From contig OX597816.1 of NCBI GenBank assembly GCA_951406725.2, positions 47,306,001 to 47,370,000 on the forward strand: a stretch of 64,000 nucleotides of DNA, read 5' to 3'. The notes below the pieces were generated by a model. It did not search any database. It saw only the letters and a list, made by a program, of their open reading frames with translations, and was not told where the DNA came from. Below, in pieces: positions 12,716 to 27,052 of this stretch. Each line of letters starts with the position of its first letter. Position 1 is the first letter of the stretch. The stretch is from Octopus vulgaris. Lineage: Eukaryota. Made by a program: the position numbers and the translations under genes.

Positions 12716-14179
12716 TATTATTATTATTGTTATTATTATCATTATCAGCATCAGCATCATCTGGTAGCCCTCCTGGGCATTAGTTGGACAATTTTGCAAA
12801 ACATTTTCTGGACCAATGTCATCTCACTTGTAAGGCATCTGACAATCTGAACTCTGTACTTCTTTCTACGCCATCCTTGCTCTTTCTCTGCCTTGGATGT
12901 AATATCTACCATCTACCATTACAAACATATGACAGTTTTGTGCCCAACACATAATTGCTATAGCATACAACAATATGCAATAAAGATTTTCAAGTTAAAT
13001 ATCAACTTGGGAAGATGTACAATGCTTCATAAACTTCACACCAGACAATATATAACATATAATATATACACACATACTTATACATACATATGATTTTTCA
13101 AAAGAACAAGTGATATGAATCTGAATATTTATGGCAGTTATAGTTAATAGATAGTAATCTGACCAAAGAAGTTACTTTGAGTACTTTGTAGTTCTGTTTC
13201 CTCTTTTCAGACACAATGTAATCTCAAGCAAATTTTATGTCCATGATTCATAGAAATATCCCTGTCAATTTAATTACATCCATGGTAAATATACTTTCTC
13301 AAAAGCCAAATTGCTTCAACTTCAGTCATGGTTAATAAACACCATATAACACTTATATTTTTGTTACATTTTTGTTTGTATATCAGAGTGTGCTTATAGG
13401 AGATAGCTTTGTAGTTGTCTAGTTTTTATTTTTATCTTTTTCCTCTGAAGATAAAACATGGTAGAATTAATCAGATAAAGGATTATTTCTTGTTTATTAT
13501 ACATTGGCACTAGAAACAATATATTTGTATTTATTATATATTATATTACATATCATATATATGTGTGTATATATACATACATATTATATATGTATGTATG
13601 TAAGTATGTATGTGTGAATGTATGTGTGTGTGATGATACAAGGTATTTTGTTTATTCTTTGGTTTTCCTGTAATATTGGGCATTGCGAACTCTTTTGTAC
13701 ATCAATATTATGTCAGAGACAAAGATGAATTCATTGATTCGATAGAATATTTTTACATTGATTTTGGTTTTATCATCTTAATGAAGAAACACTGAGATAA
13801 AATCTCTGCATATTATTGAAAAAGATAAAACATATATATACGTGTGTGTATATATACAAAAAAATATGTGTAGTGAAGTCTATTGAAACAAACTCAGTAA
13901 TACAGCTGAAGAGAATATACAATGAGACAACACACACACATACACACACACACATGCATACATACATGCGCATGCACACATATTCTCTCTCTTGCCCCAG
14001 CCACTTACCAGCCATATTGAATGTTTTTGATTTGAAATGAATCTGGTTTTGCTTTGATCAAATATGCTCAGAATTGTTAACTAGATATTAGAGTATGACC
14101 ACTACAGTAACTGTAGCATACCAAGTAGATGTGGCATGTGACAGAGCAAAACTTTTTAAACTTATATAATTACAAAATA

Positions 14180-14330
<151 letters not shown>

Positions 14331-14913
14331 TGAATATATAAATAAATAATGAATAATTGCAGGTTTGAATATTTGATAAACTTAAATAAATTCAACTCTT
14401 ATTTAAGATGGAATGGTATACTGTGGTAGCAGCATTCTGCTAAGATTTCATTAATAACAATTAATAGTGACCAAATGTCAGTCTAATGTATACTATCAAA
14501 CGTAAGCTTACAACACACCAGCATACATATTGTTTGCTCTCTGAATGTATTATTTATAAAATTAAAAATTAAAAAAACAACAACAACGGAAACAACAGAA
14601 GAAAAAAAAACAATGATATATTACAGTTCTTAAGAAGCATTTTATTTGATGCAGTATTGATTGTTTTCATCACATTATAGCATACAATTAATTAAATTAC
14701 ATTTTTACTCACCCGCCTTTTCTAATTCATTGTTTCAAGTCTGCAATACGTTTTTCTTCTTTCTTTCTTTCTTTTTTTTTCTTCCTAAATGTTTAAATAT
14801 AATGAATACATACTGCTTTGCTGGTTTATTACCTTGACTTTCTTGTGATATATATATATGTATGTATGTATGTATGCATGTATGTATATGTATATTATAT
14901 ATATATCTATATA

Positions 14914-14988
<75 letters not shown>

Positions 14989-15339
14989 CTTTGCTTGAAA
15001 TGTTGCCTTGTGATTTTTAATTTACATATCACATGATATGTAAATTTGTATCATTATCTTATTCTTTTGTTCATTTACTAGTTTTAGTCACCTCTACAAT
15101 GTACTCACCTTTTTTCCTCTACTTATCTCTTTTGTGTCTCAACAATTGGGCCCTGCACTAATCATTTAGTGGACATTTTAACTCCTCTTCTGTAAACTCT
15201 AGCACTCTATAACTACTGCTCAGTAAGTATTTTTTTTTCTGGGCATCTTTTTAAATTCCTTATGTCTAAAATTCATAGACATGCTTGCAAAATCAAAAAA
15301 CAACACTGCACCTATGACTTCCAGAAACATTTTTTCACA

Positions 15340-15617
15340 GACCTTTGGCAATATACCACGCTTGAGAAGACCTGCCAAGCCAAGTGACATCATAGTTGTG
15401 GTCGATGCCAGTGTTTTGTAACTGGCCCCCATGCTGGCAGCAAGTAGAAGGCAGCCATTACACTCTTTGGAGTGGTTGGTATTAGGGAGGGCATCCGGCT
15501 GTAGAAATCACGCCAAAACAGTTTGGAATCTGGTGCAGCTCTCCAGCTTACCAGTTTTCAGTCAGACTGTCCAACACATATCAGCATGGAAAACAGACGT
15601 TAAATAATGATGATGAT
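15340..15617 (+). mobile_element. RTE-type LINE 3' UTR fragment
   Basis: 'gagtggttggtattagg..gcatccggctgtagaaa..agcatggaaaacagacgttaaa(tga)n'. Confidence 0.75.
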
Positions 15618-16018
15618 GGCGTAGGAGTGGCTCTGTGGTAAGTAGCTTGCTTACGAACCACATGGTTTCGAGTTCAGTCCCACTGCGTGGCACCTTGGGC
15701 AAGTGTCTTCTACTATAGCCTCGACCCAACCAAAGCCTTGTGAGTGGATTTGGTAGATGGAAACTGAAAGAAGCCAGTTGTATATATGTATATATATATA
15801 TATGTATGTATGTGTATATGTTTGTGTGTCTGTGTTTGTTCCCCCAACATCGCTTGACAACTGATGCTTGTGTGTTTACGTCTCTGTCACTTAGCAGTTC
15901 GACAAAAGAGCTGATAGAATAAGTACTAGGCTTACAAAGGCTGGGTCAATTTTCTCGGCTAAAGGCATGGCCACAGTCACATGACTGAAGCAAGTAAAAG
16001 AGTAAAGAGTAAAGAGTA
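15618..16018 (+). mobile_element. SINE group A, full length, inserted in a (GAT)n LINE tail
   Basis: Complete head and tail; GAT repeats on both sides. Confidence 0.92.
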
Positions 16019-16029
16019 TGATGATGATG

Positions 16030-16290
16030 AGAATTGTTGAACCACAGAATCAACTAACTGCATCAGGTGTTAGCTGTTGAGACACTACATCCTTCAAAAC
16101 ATCCATGCTGCCTGAAATTCACCGACAGTACACCTGATGTGCGCCACTCCTGTTTCTTCTGCTTTTTTTTAAAGACTTTTACACTGTTCACTCACTGTGT
16201 GTATTCTATGTACTGTTAATGCAGTTTTGGTTACTTTTTCTGATGAGTTGTAGCACACCTGAGTACTGTATAAATTAAGTTAATTATATT
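16030..16290 (+). mobile_element. CR1/L2-like LINE 3' end
   Basis: RIVEPQNQLTASGVSC*DTTSFKTSML resembles the RVV..WN.LP..VV....FK C-terminal motif. Confidence 0.5.
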
Positions 16291-16419
16291 ATAAAGATCA
16301 TAAGCATTGAGCTACCTCTACCTTGACATTAATAGCAATAATAATTGAAAAAAACTCAACAGCAATAAAGTTGACATTGAAAAATTTGCTAGCAGTGACA
16401 AAAGAGAGAGTTAACATAA

Positions 16420-16692
16420 TGTCCCACATGATCATGTGACTGATCAAGTTATCAGATGTTGTTACACATCGCTGGTCACAATGTGCTTTTGCATTGTTTA
16501 AGCCTTCAAATGACACCAACCTGCTGGCTAGGCGAGTAGGTCAATAATTCTCCCTGATCGAAGGGGGACTGGAGCAATGTGAAATGAAGTGTTTTGCTCA
16601 AGAACACAATGCACCACCTAGTGAGGGAATTGAACCCATGATATAGCGATTGTGAGTGCAGCAGCTTAACCACTAGGCCACACACACCTTCA
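16420..16692 (-). mobile_element. tRNA-derived SINE group B variant
   Basis: Head 'tggcctagtggttaag..gggttcaattccc', core 'ttcttgagcaaaacacttcatttcac', tail shared with 49553-49810. Confidence 0.8.
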
Positions 16693-16914
16693 CATAATTA
16701 ACGTAGTGAACAATAAAAGAATGATGTAAATATTTTATTTTTTAAGTTTCATTTCACTTCATTTAAATACAAAGAAACTGGAAAATAGCGAGATAAGAAA
16801 AAAAGAAAAAAGATAAGAAAGAAAAAAAAAGAAAAAATGAAAAAGGTAGAAGATGGAGGAGGAGGGGGTATTGGGCTTCAGACTCCAAAACAAATGGTGT
16901 GCTCAGCTGTGTCC

Positions 16915-17095
16915 TGTGGTAATAACTGCAGTAGCATTGCTGTGGAGAATGGCCAGCAACATCCACTCCACTGCATTAGGCTCATTCTCTGAAGGGCCAC
17001 TGTTATTTTGTAGAAGAAATTGGTAGTATGAAACTCAAGAACACCTGATGTATCAACAGCAAATGGCACAAACAAGAATTGTAGACCAATTAAAG
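16915..17095 (-). mobile_element. Relic of a restriction-like-endonuclease non-LTR element (CRE-like C-terminus)
   Basis: FLFVPFAVDTSGV, then after a frameshift EWM..LAILHSNATAVI, resembling F.P.A.ET.G..S.A..RGNA. Confidence 0.5.
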
Positions 17096-17392
17096 TGACA
17101 CTCCTAATTAGTTCTAATATAGACAAATGGTTAGAAATTGGTTGGAGGAGGGGTTAATTGAGTAAATATATTCTATTATTTGATTGATACTTTATTTGAT
17201 CGATCCTTGTGGGGGACATAAAGCAAAGCTGACCTTTGGTTGGATTTGAACTCATAATGTAAAGAGTTAGAAGAAATACCACAAAACATTGTGTCTGACA
17301 TTAACAATTCTGCCAATCTACTGCCCTTAATTGTTTCTAGTATAGGCACAAAGCATGAGGGAGGAGAATAGTTGATTACCTATATAGTTGAT

Positions 17393-17889
17393 TACCGAGT
17401 ATAATCTGCATTTTTTTCCCAAAATTTAAAGGTCAAAATCCCTAGTGCGTATTATACACGAGGTTAAAAATGAAAATTATTTTCTAAGCAATGTTCAAGT
17501 CTCTATTTGCTGTCCCGCAATGTTTATTGAGACCCATTTTGTAATGTCAGGTGCGAAAATACCTTAAGCTAAGCCTGAAAGCAATGAAGTCATAAAAGAA
17601 TTATCCATAACTTGCAGTAAGCAACATTTATTAAACGTTATTACTGTTATTTTTTTATTTTCTGCAAACAAAATACACAAAAATGCTACATGTTTGCATC
17701 ATGTTATATATACAATAATAATAAAGAACGTTACCGTATACATTTTTACAAACCAAGGACGTTATATTGACTCAAGTTAGAGAAGGGTTGCGTATTATAC
17801 ACAAGGTTTAGGTTTTTCAGAGGTACAGCCCCCTAAAAATCCCCTGCATTTTATACTCAAGGGCAGACTATACTCGAGGATTTACGGTA
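17393..17889. mobile_element. Tc1/pogo-type MITE nested at a TA inside a SINE C
   Basis: Right end 'tatactcgaggatttacggta'; internal repeats 'tgcgtattatacac'; SINE C sequence resumes on both sides. Confidence 0.75.
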
Positions 17890-19584
17890 TATCAACCTCA
17901 ATAACTGACTGGTACTTTATGTTATTGACACCCCAAAATGAAAGGGAAAGTTGATCTCAGTGAGATCTGAACTCAAAACATTAAGGGCCAGAACTAATAT
18001 CTCACAGCACTTTTTTTCAACATTCTAATGATGCAGCCAATCCCTTGCCTGAAATTACATGTGTAATTGTTTCCAATTTAGGAAAAAGGTGAGGAATTTT
18101 GAGGAAGGAGTTAAGTTGATAACAATGGCACCAGTATTTGGCTGGAACTTTTTTTTTATTAACCTTGAAAAGATAAAAGGCAATATTGACCTCAACAGAA
18201 TTTGATCTTCCCTGTATGTAAAGCATTGAAGCAATGTCCACAGGGCATTTTCCTGGTGAGAAGTAAAGTTAAATAACAAAATGTTATCATTTTGTAATTC
18301 AGCAGGGTTGTTTAATGACAGTTGCTTCTGATAGGATCCTATGGAGAGAGTGCTTGAGGAGCCTACCCCTACGGCCTTATCTGGAATAGTGGGTGGTGAA
18401 AACGGGTGGCTGGATGGAAGAAATAAAGTTATTGGCTGATGAAGGAGAAAGAACTGAACTTCTAGATAACCACACTAGAAGGACCACTGATCATATGTTT
18501 CATTTTATCAAATGTCTTCATGTCAGAGGTTTCTATTCTGCAGCAAACATTACAGCAACAATAACAACAATGCAATAACAACAACAACAACAACACTGTT
18601 ACCATTACAACAATATCGGCAATACAGCTGCAACAAAAAAGCAACAACTACAATGATAAATTCATTATTCTAATGTTGGGTCTGTCAGTAACATTTACTA
18701 AAACAGAATTTTACGTGACTATCATCGCAACAGTGGAAATATTAGCAGTTGTAACATACTACCAGCATAGACTACAAACACAATAGCAAGCTGATTGCTT
18801 ATCAATAACAGAAGACACATATATAAATAATGAATAAGGAAGGGTTGAGATGTTGAAATTAGATAATGCTACAGTAAACGTCTCAAATAACGGCAGGCAA
18901 CCCTGGGGATTTAAGATGCTGTTATTGTAAGAATTTTCCATTGCCTAGGATGTTATTTATTTTTTTTTAAATGTATTTATTATGTAAATAAAGGAGATAC
19001 AGTAAATAACAAACTAGATATATATATATACATATAAAGTATAAAGATTACTACTATATTAGCTGCTAAATGTACAACAAATAATTTTGGGAAGAAAACA
19101 CAACAATATGTTTTGAAATGAACAGCGAATAAACTAAAGAACAACAAAAAAGAAAAATTGACAAAAAACAAAACAGACCAAATAAACAAACCAAAAAGCA
19201 AAAACAATAGAAGCATTTTTGAAACTGCAGAAGTGGATGAAAGCAAACCAGCATGTTACTGGCAGTTTTCTTTAGTGTATGACAACTTTCAAAAGTGCCG
19301 CTAGCTTGGGTATTTTCTGTTATTCTGGATGGTGTTATTTTGGGAGTTTATTGTACTGTGATTAGTTTGTTGTAAGTTAGCTGAACAGAGTTATTGTTAA
19401 TATATTTTATACACCTCTGCCTATGCATTTGGGAACCATTCATGTAAACAATAAGCTACATCAAATGTAAATGTAAAAATCTGAGATAAACAACCAAATA
19501 TACAATATACGGTGAAATATTTATTTGAATATTTTATAGAGGAAAAACCTCTAGGTGGATACATACATACATGCATAAATATAT

Positions 19585-19673
<89 letters not shown>

Positions 19674-19992
19674 GTATATATGTTGTTTGTATGTACATAC
19701 ACACAAATGTGCATGCAGACACACTCACATGTGTATGTATATCTATTCTCCTGGGACTAACAAGTTCAAAGAAGCTATATCTAGCTACATAAAATAAAGA
19801 ACTCAAAGATAAGTCTGGGAGTAAATAATGATGTAATCCATAATAATTAATTTCACAAAATGTATTTTATGAAACTAATGATAATGGATTAAATGTTTTC
19901 ATATATAGTATAGTAAATATATATAGAAATATATATGTGCAAGTGAGTGGACAAATGAAAGAGTGGCACTCTATATATTTGGTTGGAGTTAC

Positions 19993-20415
19993 ATACATCA
20001 TCATCATCATCTTCATCGTTTAATGTTTGTTTTCCATACTGGCATGGGTTGAATGGTTTGATCAGAGCTGGCAAGCCGGAGAGCTACACCAGTCAAATTT
20101 GGCATGGTTTCTACAGCTGGATGCCCTTTCTAATGCCAACAACATTATAGTGTGTGCTGGGTGCTTTTAATGTGACACCACACGAGTGCTCTTACATGGC
20201 ACTGGCATGTGTGCTTTTCCCAAGACACTGGTACAGGACTCTTGCAGGCCAATCCCCTTCACCAGGGGGAGTTGCCTTAATACTTCTGTCCTGGAGTATG
20301 GACCTTCTTGCATACAGCAAGCTGCCAGGTGTCTCAGACTTTTGTCATCTTGCCTGAAAGGTTCAACATCATGAAGTCATCCTTCAGTACTACCTCCCAT
20401 ATCTTCCTGGGTCTC
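19993..20415 (-). mobile_element. RTE-type LINE 3' end
   Basis: (CAT)n tail, UTR motif, RPRKIWEVVLKDDF ORF remnant. Confidence 0.75.
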
Positions 20416-20417
20416 AT

Positions 20418-20587
20418 TTGACTTAGTTCCTTACAACTTAAAGGGCTCAGCTTCATACATCTTAAAGTTTCATAGACTTGTAGGATGAACCTGACTCATC
20501 AGGCATTTAGAGAAGGACTTTTGCTAAATGCCTGATGGAGTCATTATATGAGCCTACAAAACTTTAACTTGCATGGAACTGAGTCAA
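20418..20587. mobile_element. Fold-back element with two decayed hammerhead motifs
   Basis: Inverted arms; minus 20455-20506 reads atgc-CTGATGA-..-GAAA-ctttaag; plus 20528-20574 reads atgc-CTGATGG-..-AAAA-ctttaac-TT-gcat. Confidence 0.6.
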
Positions 20588-20743
20588 CTTATTATTTAAT
20601 AATATAAATATATTATATTTAGTATAGTAAGTATAAATGTCACTAGTCTGGCAGAAAGGTCAGCAAAATTTATGTTTCCAGTCTTTCTCCATCAGGATAA
20701 AAATAAAAGAAGGCTGTGTCATTGAAAAGTTTGTTTCACAACC

Positions 20744-20744
<1 letters not shown>

Positions 20745-20829
<85 letters not shown>

Positions 20830-20849
20830 GTGAGAGTGTGAGAGTGTGT

Positions 20850-20880
<31 letters not shown>
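20745..20880. repeat. (GA)n microsatellite
   Basis: Direct reading. Confidence 0.95.
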
Positions 20881-20884
<4 letters not shown>

Positions 20885-22016
20885 CCTAAAAAGTCAGCTG
20901 GTGTGAGAGGTGGATATATTTATTTTAACACTTGCCACTTGCCTTCATCATTTGATAACAATTTCAGTGTATAATAAATTATTCCACATGTCTGCACCAA
21001 TATGCATGCTACACATTGCACAATACAATTGTACAATTACACATCAATGTGGATATAGAAGGCTTGCTCTTCAGATCACCAGAACATCATGGGTACACTA
21101 ATGCTTCAACTCTGTAACCACACACACACACACAAACACACATACATATGCATATACACACACATGTGTATGTATATATATATATATGCACACAAGCAAA
21201 TATGACAGATTTCCCTTGGTTTCCCTCTACCAAATCCACAAACAAAGCTTTGGTCAGCCTAGGGCTCTGGTAGAAAACATTTGCCTAAGCTGTCATTCAG
21301 TAGTACAGAATCAATAACCATGAAGCTGCAAAGCAAATTTCTTATCACATAATTTTGCATGCATGTGTGCCTACATATATGCGTCTGTAAGAATCTTTAA
21401 AATCTGTGAGTGTATGAGCTTTGATTTTCGCTTACCATTTTCATTTCCCTGTTGACAAATCATCTGGTAATTTTGTGCTTTTGTGGAATGAAAATCTCTC
21501 TAGCTTGAAAAACAAATGAGGGTTAGAGGCAAAAAAAATATCCAGGTAAAACAATACTTTGACAATATGTATTTCGTCTGATCGATGCTAGCATGGAAAA
21601 ACAAACAAAATAAACAAGATACCTTCTACTAATGTCTTTAAGCCTTAGATAATGCTCTGCTTTCAGTATAAATATTCTGAACAAACAATAAATCCTATTT
21701 AACTCATTTTCTCCCTTGGTTTGCATAAGATATTCAGCATTCAACGCACAAATCTTACTACCACACAAAATGACACTCTTTAAACTTTAAAAGCTGAAAT
21801 GAATAAGTACCAGGATGGATTATGTCCTTTTAACATTTACCATTTCACCAATCCTGCTGAGGCCAACTTTGCAATTTATCCTTTGAGGGTCAGTTAAAAA
21901 GTACTAATCCAATGTCTGGTGGTATTTGCTCTAGTTCTTTGCATTCTGAATTCAAATTTTGTCATGACTTGCTTAAGTAGTAAACTTAAACTGTCCTCTG
22001 GTTTAACACCACTAAC

Positions 22017-22160
22017 TAGCATCTTGGATATTTTTAGTGGAGACCACTTCACTGCTGGCTTTTGGGATATGTCTCTGGTTTGAGGATATGTTCTCTCTGG
22101 TTCTTTTCTGCTGCTCTTCAAGGCTCTGTAAGGGGTCATGCATGCTGCCTTCCTTCCTGA
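22017..22160 (-). other. Candidate 144-nt internal exon of an unidentified host gene
   Basis: Pyrimidine tract plus TTTAG acceptor, GTTAGT donor, open symmetric frame (RKEGSMHDPLQSLEEQQKR..NIQDA); no homology recognised. Confidence 0.3.
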
Positions 22161-23052
22161 CTAAAGATAAAAGAGAGGGAGAGAGAGAATGCAAAAAGAT
22201 AACCTATGATTAAGACAATATTGATATGCCATTGTTTTTCCCCTTAATCTAAAGCATTGACTGGCCACTTGCACAATTTAATTTGCTTTTTTTAATTATC
22301 CCTTTAAAAAGTTTGATTTCTTAAGGTATTTAATATAATAATTGCTAATAGTTAATTTAATCTTCTGTTAATGTTTAAATGACTATGACTGGAGGACAGT
22401 GTAAAAAACTCAACGAATCTTTTGAAAGCGAAACTGTAGGAAGACATTTCTAAAGAAAATATAAAACAAAAGATACACTCCTGAGACTCATAAAACAAAA
22501 ATAAAATATAATTACTCCATAAGATAAGTCATCAGAACAATTATAACGGAAGACAGGAAACATAAAATAATAAAACTGAGCACAAAATATTATATTATAA
22601 CTACAACTTTTCTGAATAAACAGCAAAACTTTGTTGAACTAACTTTTAGTACATTAATTGTAAAAATATCTATTTTTGTATAACTTAGTTTAAGAGTGAA
22701 AATAACCAGAAATAATTCGATATTTTAGTCTATTTTATGCTGGTGCTCTTTAAATTGGAAGAAAAATGAACTAGTATCAATGAGAATACCTCAGTGGAAC
22801 CTGTTGTAGAATTTTGATCAGAAACTATTCTGGAATATGAACAATATCTGAAACACACTTCTGCAGATCTTCTGGTGAAAATTGTATTACATATTAAGAG
22901 AGCTTGCAGCAATGTATGGGAATGCATTGAGGAGTATGTATTTTAAAACAATTATTTGTCTAAGGAAGAAGAAATTCATAACATTGTCAGGTTCTCTTAC
23001 ACCAAAGCAAAATGTGCAAAACAGGTGTATGGTGCTTTGCTTTTCAAGTGTT

Positions 23053-23113
<61 letters not shown>

Positions 23114-23135
23114 TATAATAATCATCATCATCAGC

Positions 23136-23169
<34 letters not shown>

Positions 23170-23467
23170 TCATTTAACATCTGCTTTCCATGCTGGCATG
23201 GGTTGGACAGTTTAACAAGAGCTGCCCGGGCTCCATGTCTGTTTTGGCATGGTTTCTATGACTGGATGTCCTTCCTAATGCCAACTGCTTTGCATATATA
23301 TATATATATATATATATATTACCTTACTTTGAAGCAGGTGGAGGTTGGTGACAGAAAAGACAGCTGGCTGTCAAAAATTTGCCTCTGCAAAGTCTGTTTA
23401 ACCCATGCAAGCATGGAAAAGTGGACATTAAACCAACGATGATGATGAGGAGGATATATACAAACAA

Positions 23468-23535
<68 letters not shown>

Positions 23536-23611
23536 AATTTAATAAATACAACATATGCATATATACATACATATATGTACATACCTACATCTATATGTAT
23601 ACATACATGCA

Positions 23612-23768
23612 TATATGAGTACAGGACACACAAATAAACGTAGAACACGAGAAACGAAAACATAAAATCAAACATCGAAATGGACTTTTTTTAACAATGA
23701 AAAAACAGAGTACAAGACAAACAATACAAGGAATATTCCCCTTCATCAGCTGCCCCTGTTTCGACTCA

Positions 23769-23772
<4 letters not shown>
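23612..23772 (-). mobile_element. Interspersed repeat shared with 54685-54985, probably Penelope pLTR-derived
   Basis: High identity to 54685-54850; flanked by (TA)n; contains CTGATGA and GAAAC boxes. Confidence 0.6.
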
Positions 23773-23834
<62 letters not shown>

Positions 23835-23854
23835 CTACATATATATATATATAC

Positions 23855-23887
<33 letters not shown>

Positions 23888-24781
23888 TATGTGTGTGTGT
23901 GCATATGTGTGTATGTATATATATATATGTGTGTGTGTGTATGTGTGTATGTATGTGTGCATATATACATACATATGTGTGTATGCATGTGAAGACTCCT
24001 TCATTGGTTTATGTTATAAAAATATAGTTACTATCAAAGGACCATAGAAATCTTAATGTCAAGTATGTGTAGAGAGTGTGAAGGTTTTAGAAGTGCTTTT
24101 ATTCATGAAACAAGTTGTAGTGCCTGGGTTTATTTTCTTGGTACTGCTATATGAGACTTGCTTGCTATGAAATTATTACAGGATATTCTTAAAGACTCCA
24201 TTTTATTCAGATAACACTGTTTAACACGATGTTTTTTGTCCTTGGATGGGGTATTTGCTTACCCCTAGAAAGTATGAAAAATGGCTAATGTTTCCTTCAA
24301 ACTTTGCTTTTGTTACATTTATTGAAATACCAAGGAATTCCTCTCAACACATGGCTATGATGCTCCTCCACTACTCCTTCTCTTGATCAGAGATGCACAT
24401 GTTTTCTACAACTAAGGGACATACTTAAGTGATTTAGGTCAAGCAACTGACAAGCAGGTCTGTGATATTGAACAGAATATTTGCTATAATGATATTTCTG
24501 CTTCAGCAACCAGTGCTGAATCTGTCTAAAATGTAATGGAAAATTGGTCAGTTTCAAATCATTGATGCCCGGGTCACAAAAGCAAAGTCTGAAGGGAATA
24601 GTAGTAATTTCCTTTGATTTGTAAATAGAAGCAAATAGGAGATAACACTTACTGACAAAAGACAAAAAAAAATTACACTGTGTTATGCATGCCCTATAAA
24701 AGGTGTAAACTTTGTGCATATACAGCATTCCTACAAGGAATATTAGGGTGAACTGTGGATTGTTATAAACTATATAGTAGT

Positions 24782-25091
24782 TTGGAGGCGCAATGGCCCA
24801 GTGGTTAGGGCAGCGAACTTGCGGTCGGAGGATCGTGGTTTCGATTCCCAGACTGGGCATTGTGTGTGTTTATTGTGCAAAAACACCTAAAAGCTCCACG
24901 AGGCTCTGGCAGGGGGATGGTGGTGACCCCTGTTGTACTCTTTCACCACAACTTTCTCTTGCTCTCTCTTCCTGTTTCTTGAGTAATGCTGCAATGGACT
25001 GGCATCCCGTCCAGCTGGGGGGAACACATATGCCACAGAAACTGGGAAACTGGGCCCATGAGCCTGGCTAAGCTTGAAAAGGCATAGAAGA
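24782..25091 (+). mobile_element. tRNA-derived SINE group B, full length with 10-bp TSD
   Basis: A/B boxes TGGCCCAGTGG and GTTTCGATTCC; TSD atatagtagt at 24772-24781 and 25092-25101. Confidence 0.92.
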
Positions 25092-26337
25092 ATATAGTAG
25101 TGTATAGAGATGACAGCAAAGTATGGCGAATTGTTAGAGACACAACTCAACCTTGAAGTACAAATGAACTGACAAAATAAAATCAGAGAAGACTCCATAG
25201 ACAAATATGGAAATGGAAGAGTCAAACTAGAAACTTTTAATTCAAAACATAATGAACATGTTAAGTACATACATATGCTGACAGAAATTTTGAAACAAGA
25301 TTCTCATGTCAGATGGAAATGAAAGCTTTTTTTGATGTCAAGAACAACAGATATATTTTTGTCAACATTGGAAGTTAAGAGACGTGTGTTGTGTGACGGT
25401 GATGCAGTCTATCTTCCAATTCAATAAAAAAAAAAATTAATGTTTCCATCCATCTTTCAATGTTTTTTTTTTCTTACTCAGAAATGTTACTGCTTTCTGT
25501 AATGGAGTGAGATTTGATCTTCAAAATACAGAGTTGGAGCAGGTATCACAAAGCATCCCATCCAATGCCCCAATAATTCTACTAATCTGTCATTCTAGAC
25601 TGGTACTTTTTAATCAATCCTGAAAAAAAAAAAAAAAATGAAAGGCAAAGTTGACCCATGGCAAGATTTGAACTCGACATGCAGAGAATCAGAACAAATT
25701 TTTCAAGGTGTTCTATCCAACATTCTAATGACTCTGCCAAGGTGTGATATATGTCGGTTTCCATTAGATTTGGTTTGAGAGAACTATACTAGTGGTCACT
25801 AAACAGAGAAAAGGACTTGGACTATCAAGAGCTAGTTCATAATAATTTCCATTATCTCTGAGACATTGGAATTAAAGCTGACATCAATTCCCAATTCTGC
25901 TACCAAATATTTATGGTTGTTTCAATTACACATGATAATTACATCAAAGAGAACAAGAGCATTCAATATTCCAACAGATTAACAGCATATATTTGAGTCT
26001 TTGTTGTTGTCATTATCATCATGATTTTAACACCTACATTTCCATACTTGCATGTGTCAGGCGAGAATATAATGCGTTAGAATTTTCTACAATCAGATGT
26101 CCTCCCTGATATCAACCTCCACTTCTTTCCAAGGGAGGTAATAATCTCCCTGCCTTTCAACCAACAGTCTGGATGTGTTTTATGCTCAGAACAAAGAAAC
26201 AAATGATACAGTGCAAATAAACTTTTTGCTTACAACAACTGATCACACAACATATCAAAACATGTTAAGAAGCCTGGAAATGCTTTCAAGGTGGACTTCA
26301 AGTAGATGACACTATTGTTTGAGTCAAGCAACAAGTG

Positions 26338-26375
<38 letters not shown>

Positions 26376-26770
26376 TTCTTATATTCTTTTATTCTTTTAC
26401 TTGTTTCAGTCATTTGACTGCAGCCATGCTGGAGCACCACCTTTAGTTGAGCAAATAGACCCCAGGATTTATTCTTTGTAAGCCTAGTGCTTATCCTATT
26501 GGTCTCTTTTGCTGAACCGTTAAGTTATGGGGACATAAACGCACCATCATCTGTTGTCAAGCAATGGTGGAGGGACAAGTGCTGACACACAAACACACAC
26601 ACACACATACGATGGGCTTCTTTCAGTTTCCATCTACCAAATCCACTCACAAAGATTTGGATGGCCCAAGGCTATAGTAGATGACACTTGCCCAAGATGT
26701 CATGCAGTGGGACTGAACCTGGAACTATGTGGTCGGTAAACAAGCTACTTACCACAGAGCCACACCTGCA
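26376..26770 (-). mobile_element. SINE group A, full length
   Basis: Reverse complement of 9373-9852. Confidence 0.9.
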
Positions 26771-26894
26771 CATCCATATATATTCATATACATGTATGTA
26801 TACACATACATATATGTATATGCATACTCACATACACACTCATACACACACACACACTCACACACACACACACACATACATACACACACACACA

Positions 26895-27052
26895 CGAAGG
26901 GCTTCTTTCAGTTTCTACCTAATAAAAATCCGCTTAAAGGCTAGATTGGTCCAGGGCTATAGTGGAAGACACTCACCCAAGATGCCATGCAATGGCACTG
27001 AATCCAAAACCATGTGATTGAGAAGCAAACTTCTTAAGCACAAGTCATGCTT
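26895..27052 (-). mobile_element. SINE group A, diverged 5' part
   Basis: Head motif. Confidence 0.7.

Noticed and set aside
14713-14784. Exon-shaped segment on the minus strand (TTTAG..GTGAGT)
   Set aside because: Stops in all three frames and low complexity; cannot be distinguished from chance.
25482-25542. Possible plus-strand 61-nt exon (NVTAFCNGVRFDLQNTELEQ)
   Set aside because: Weak donor, no recognisable homology and no partner exons.
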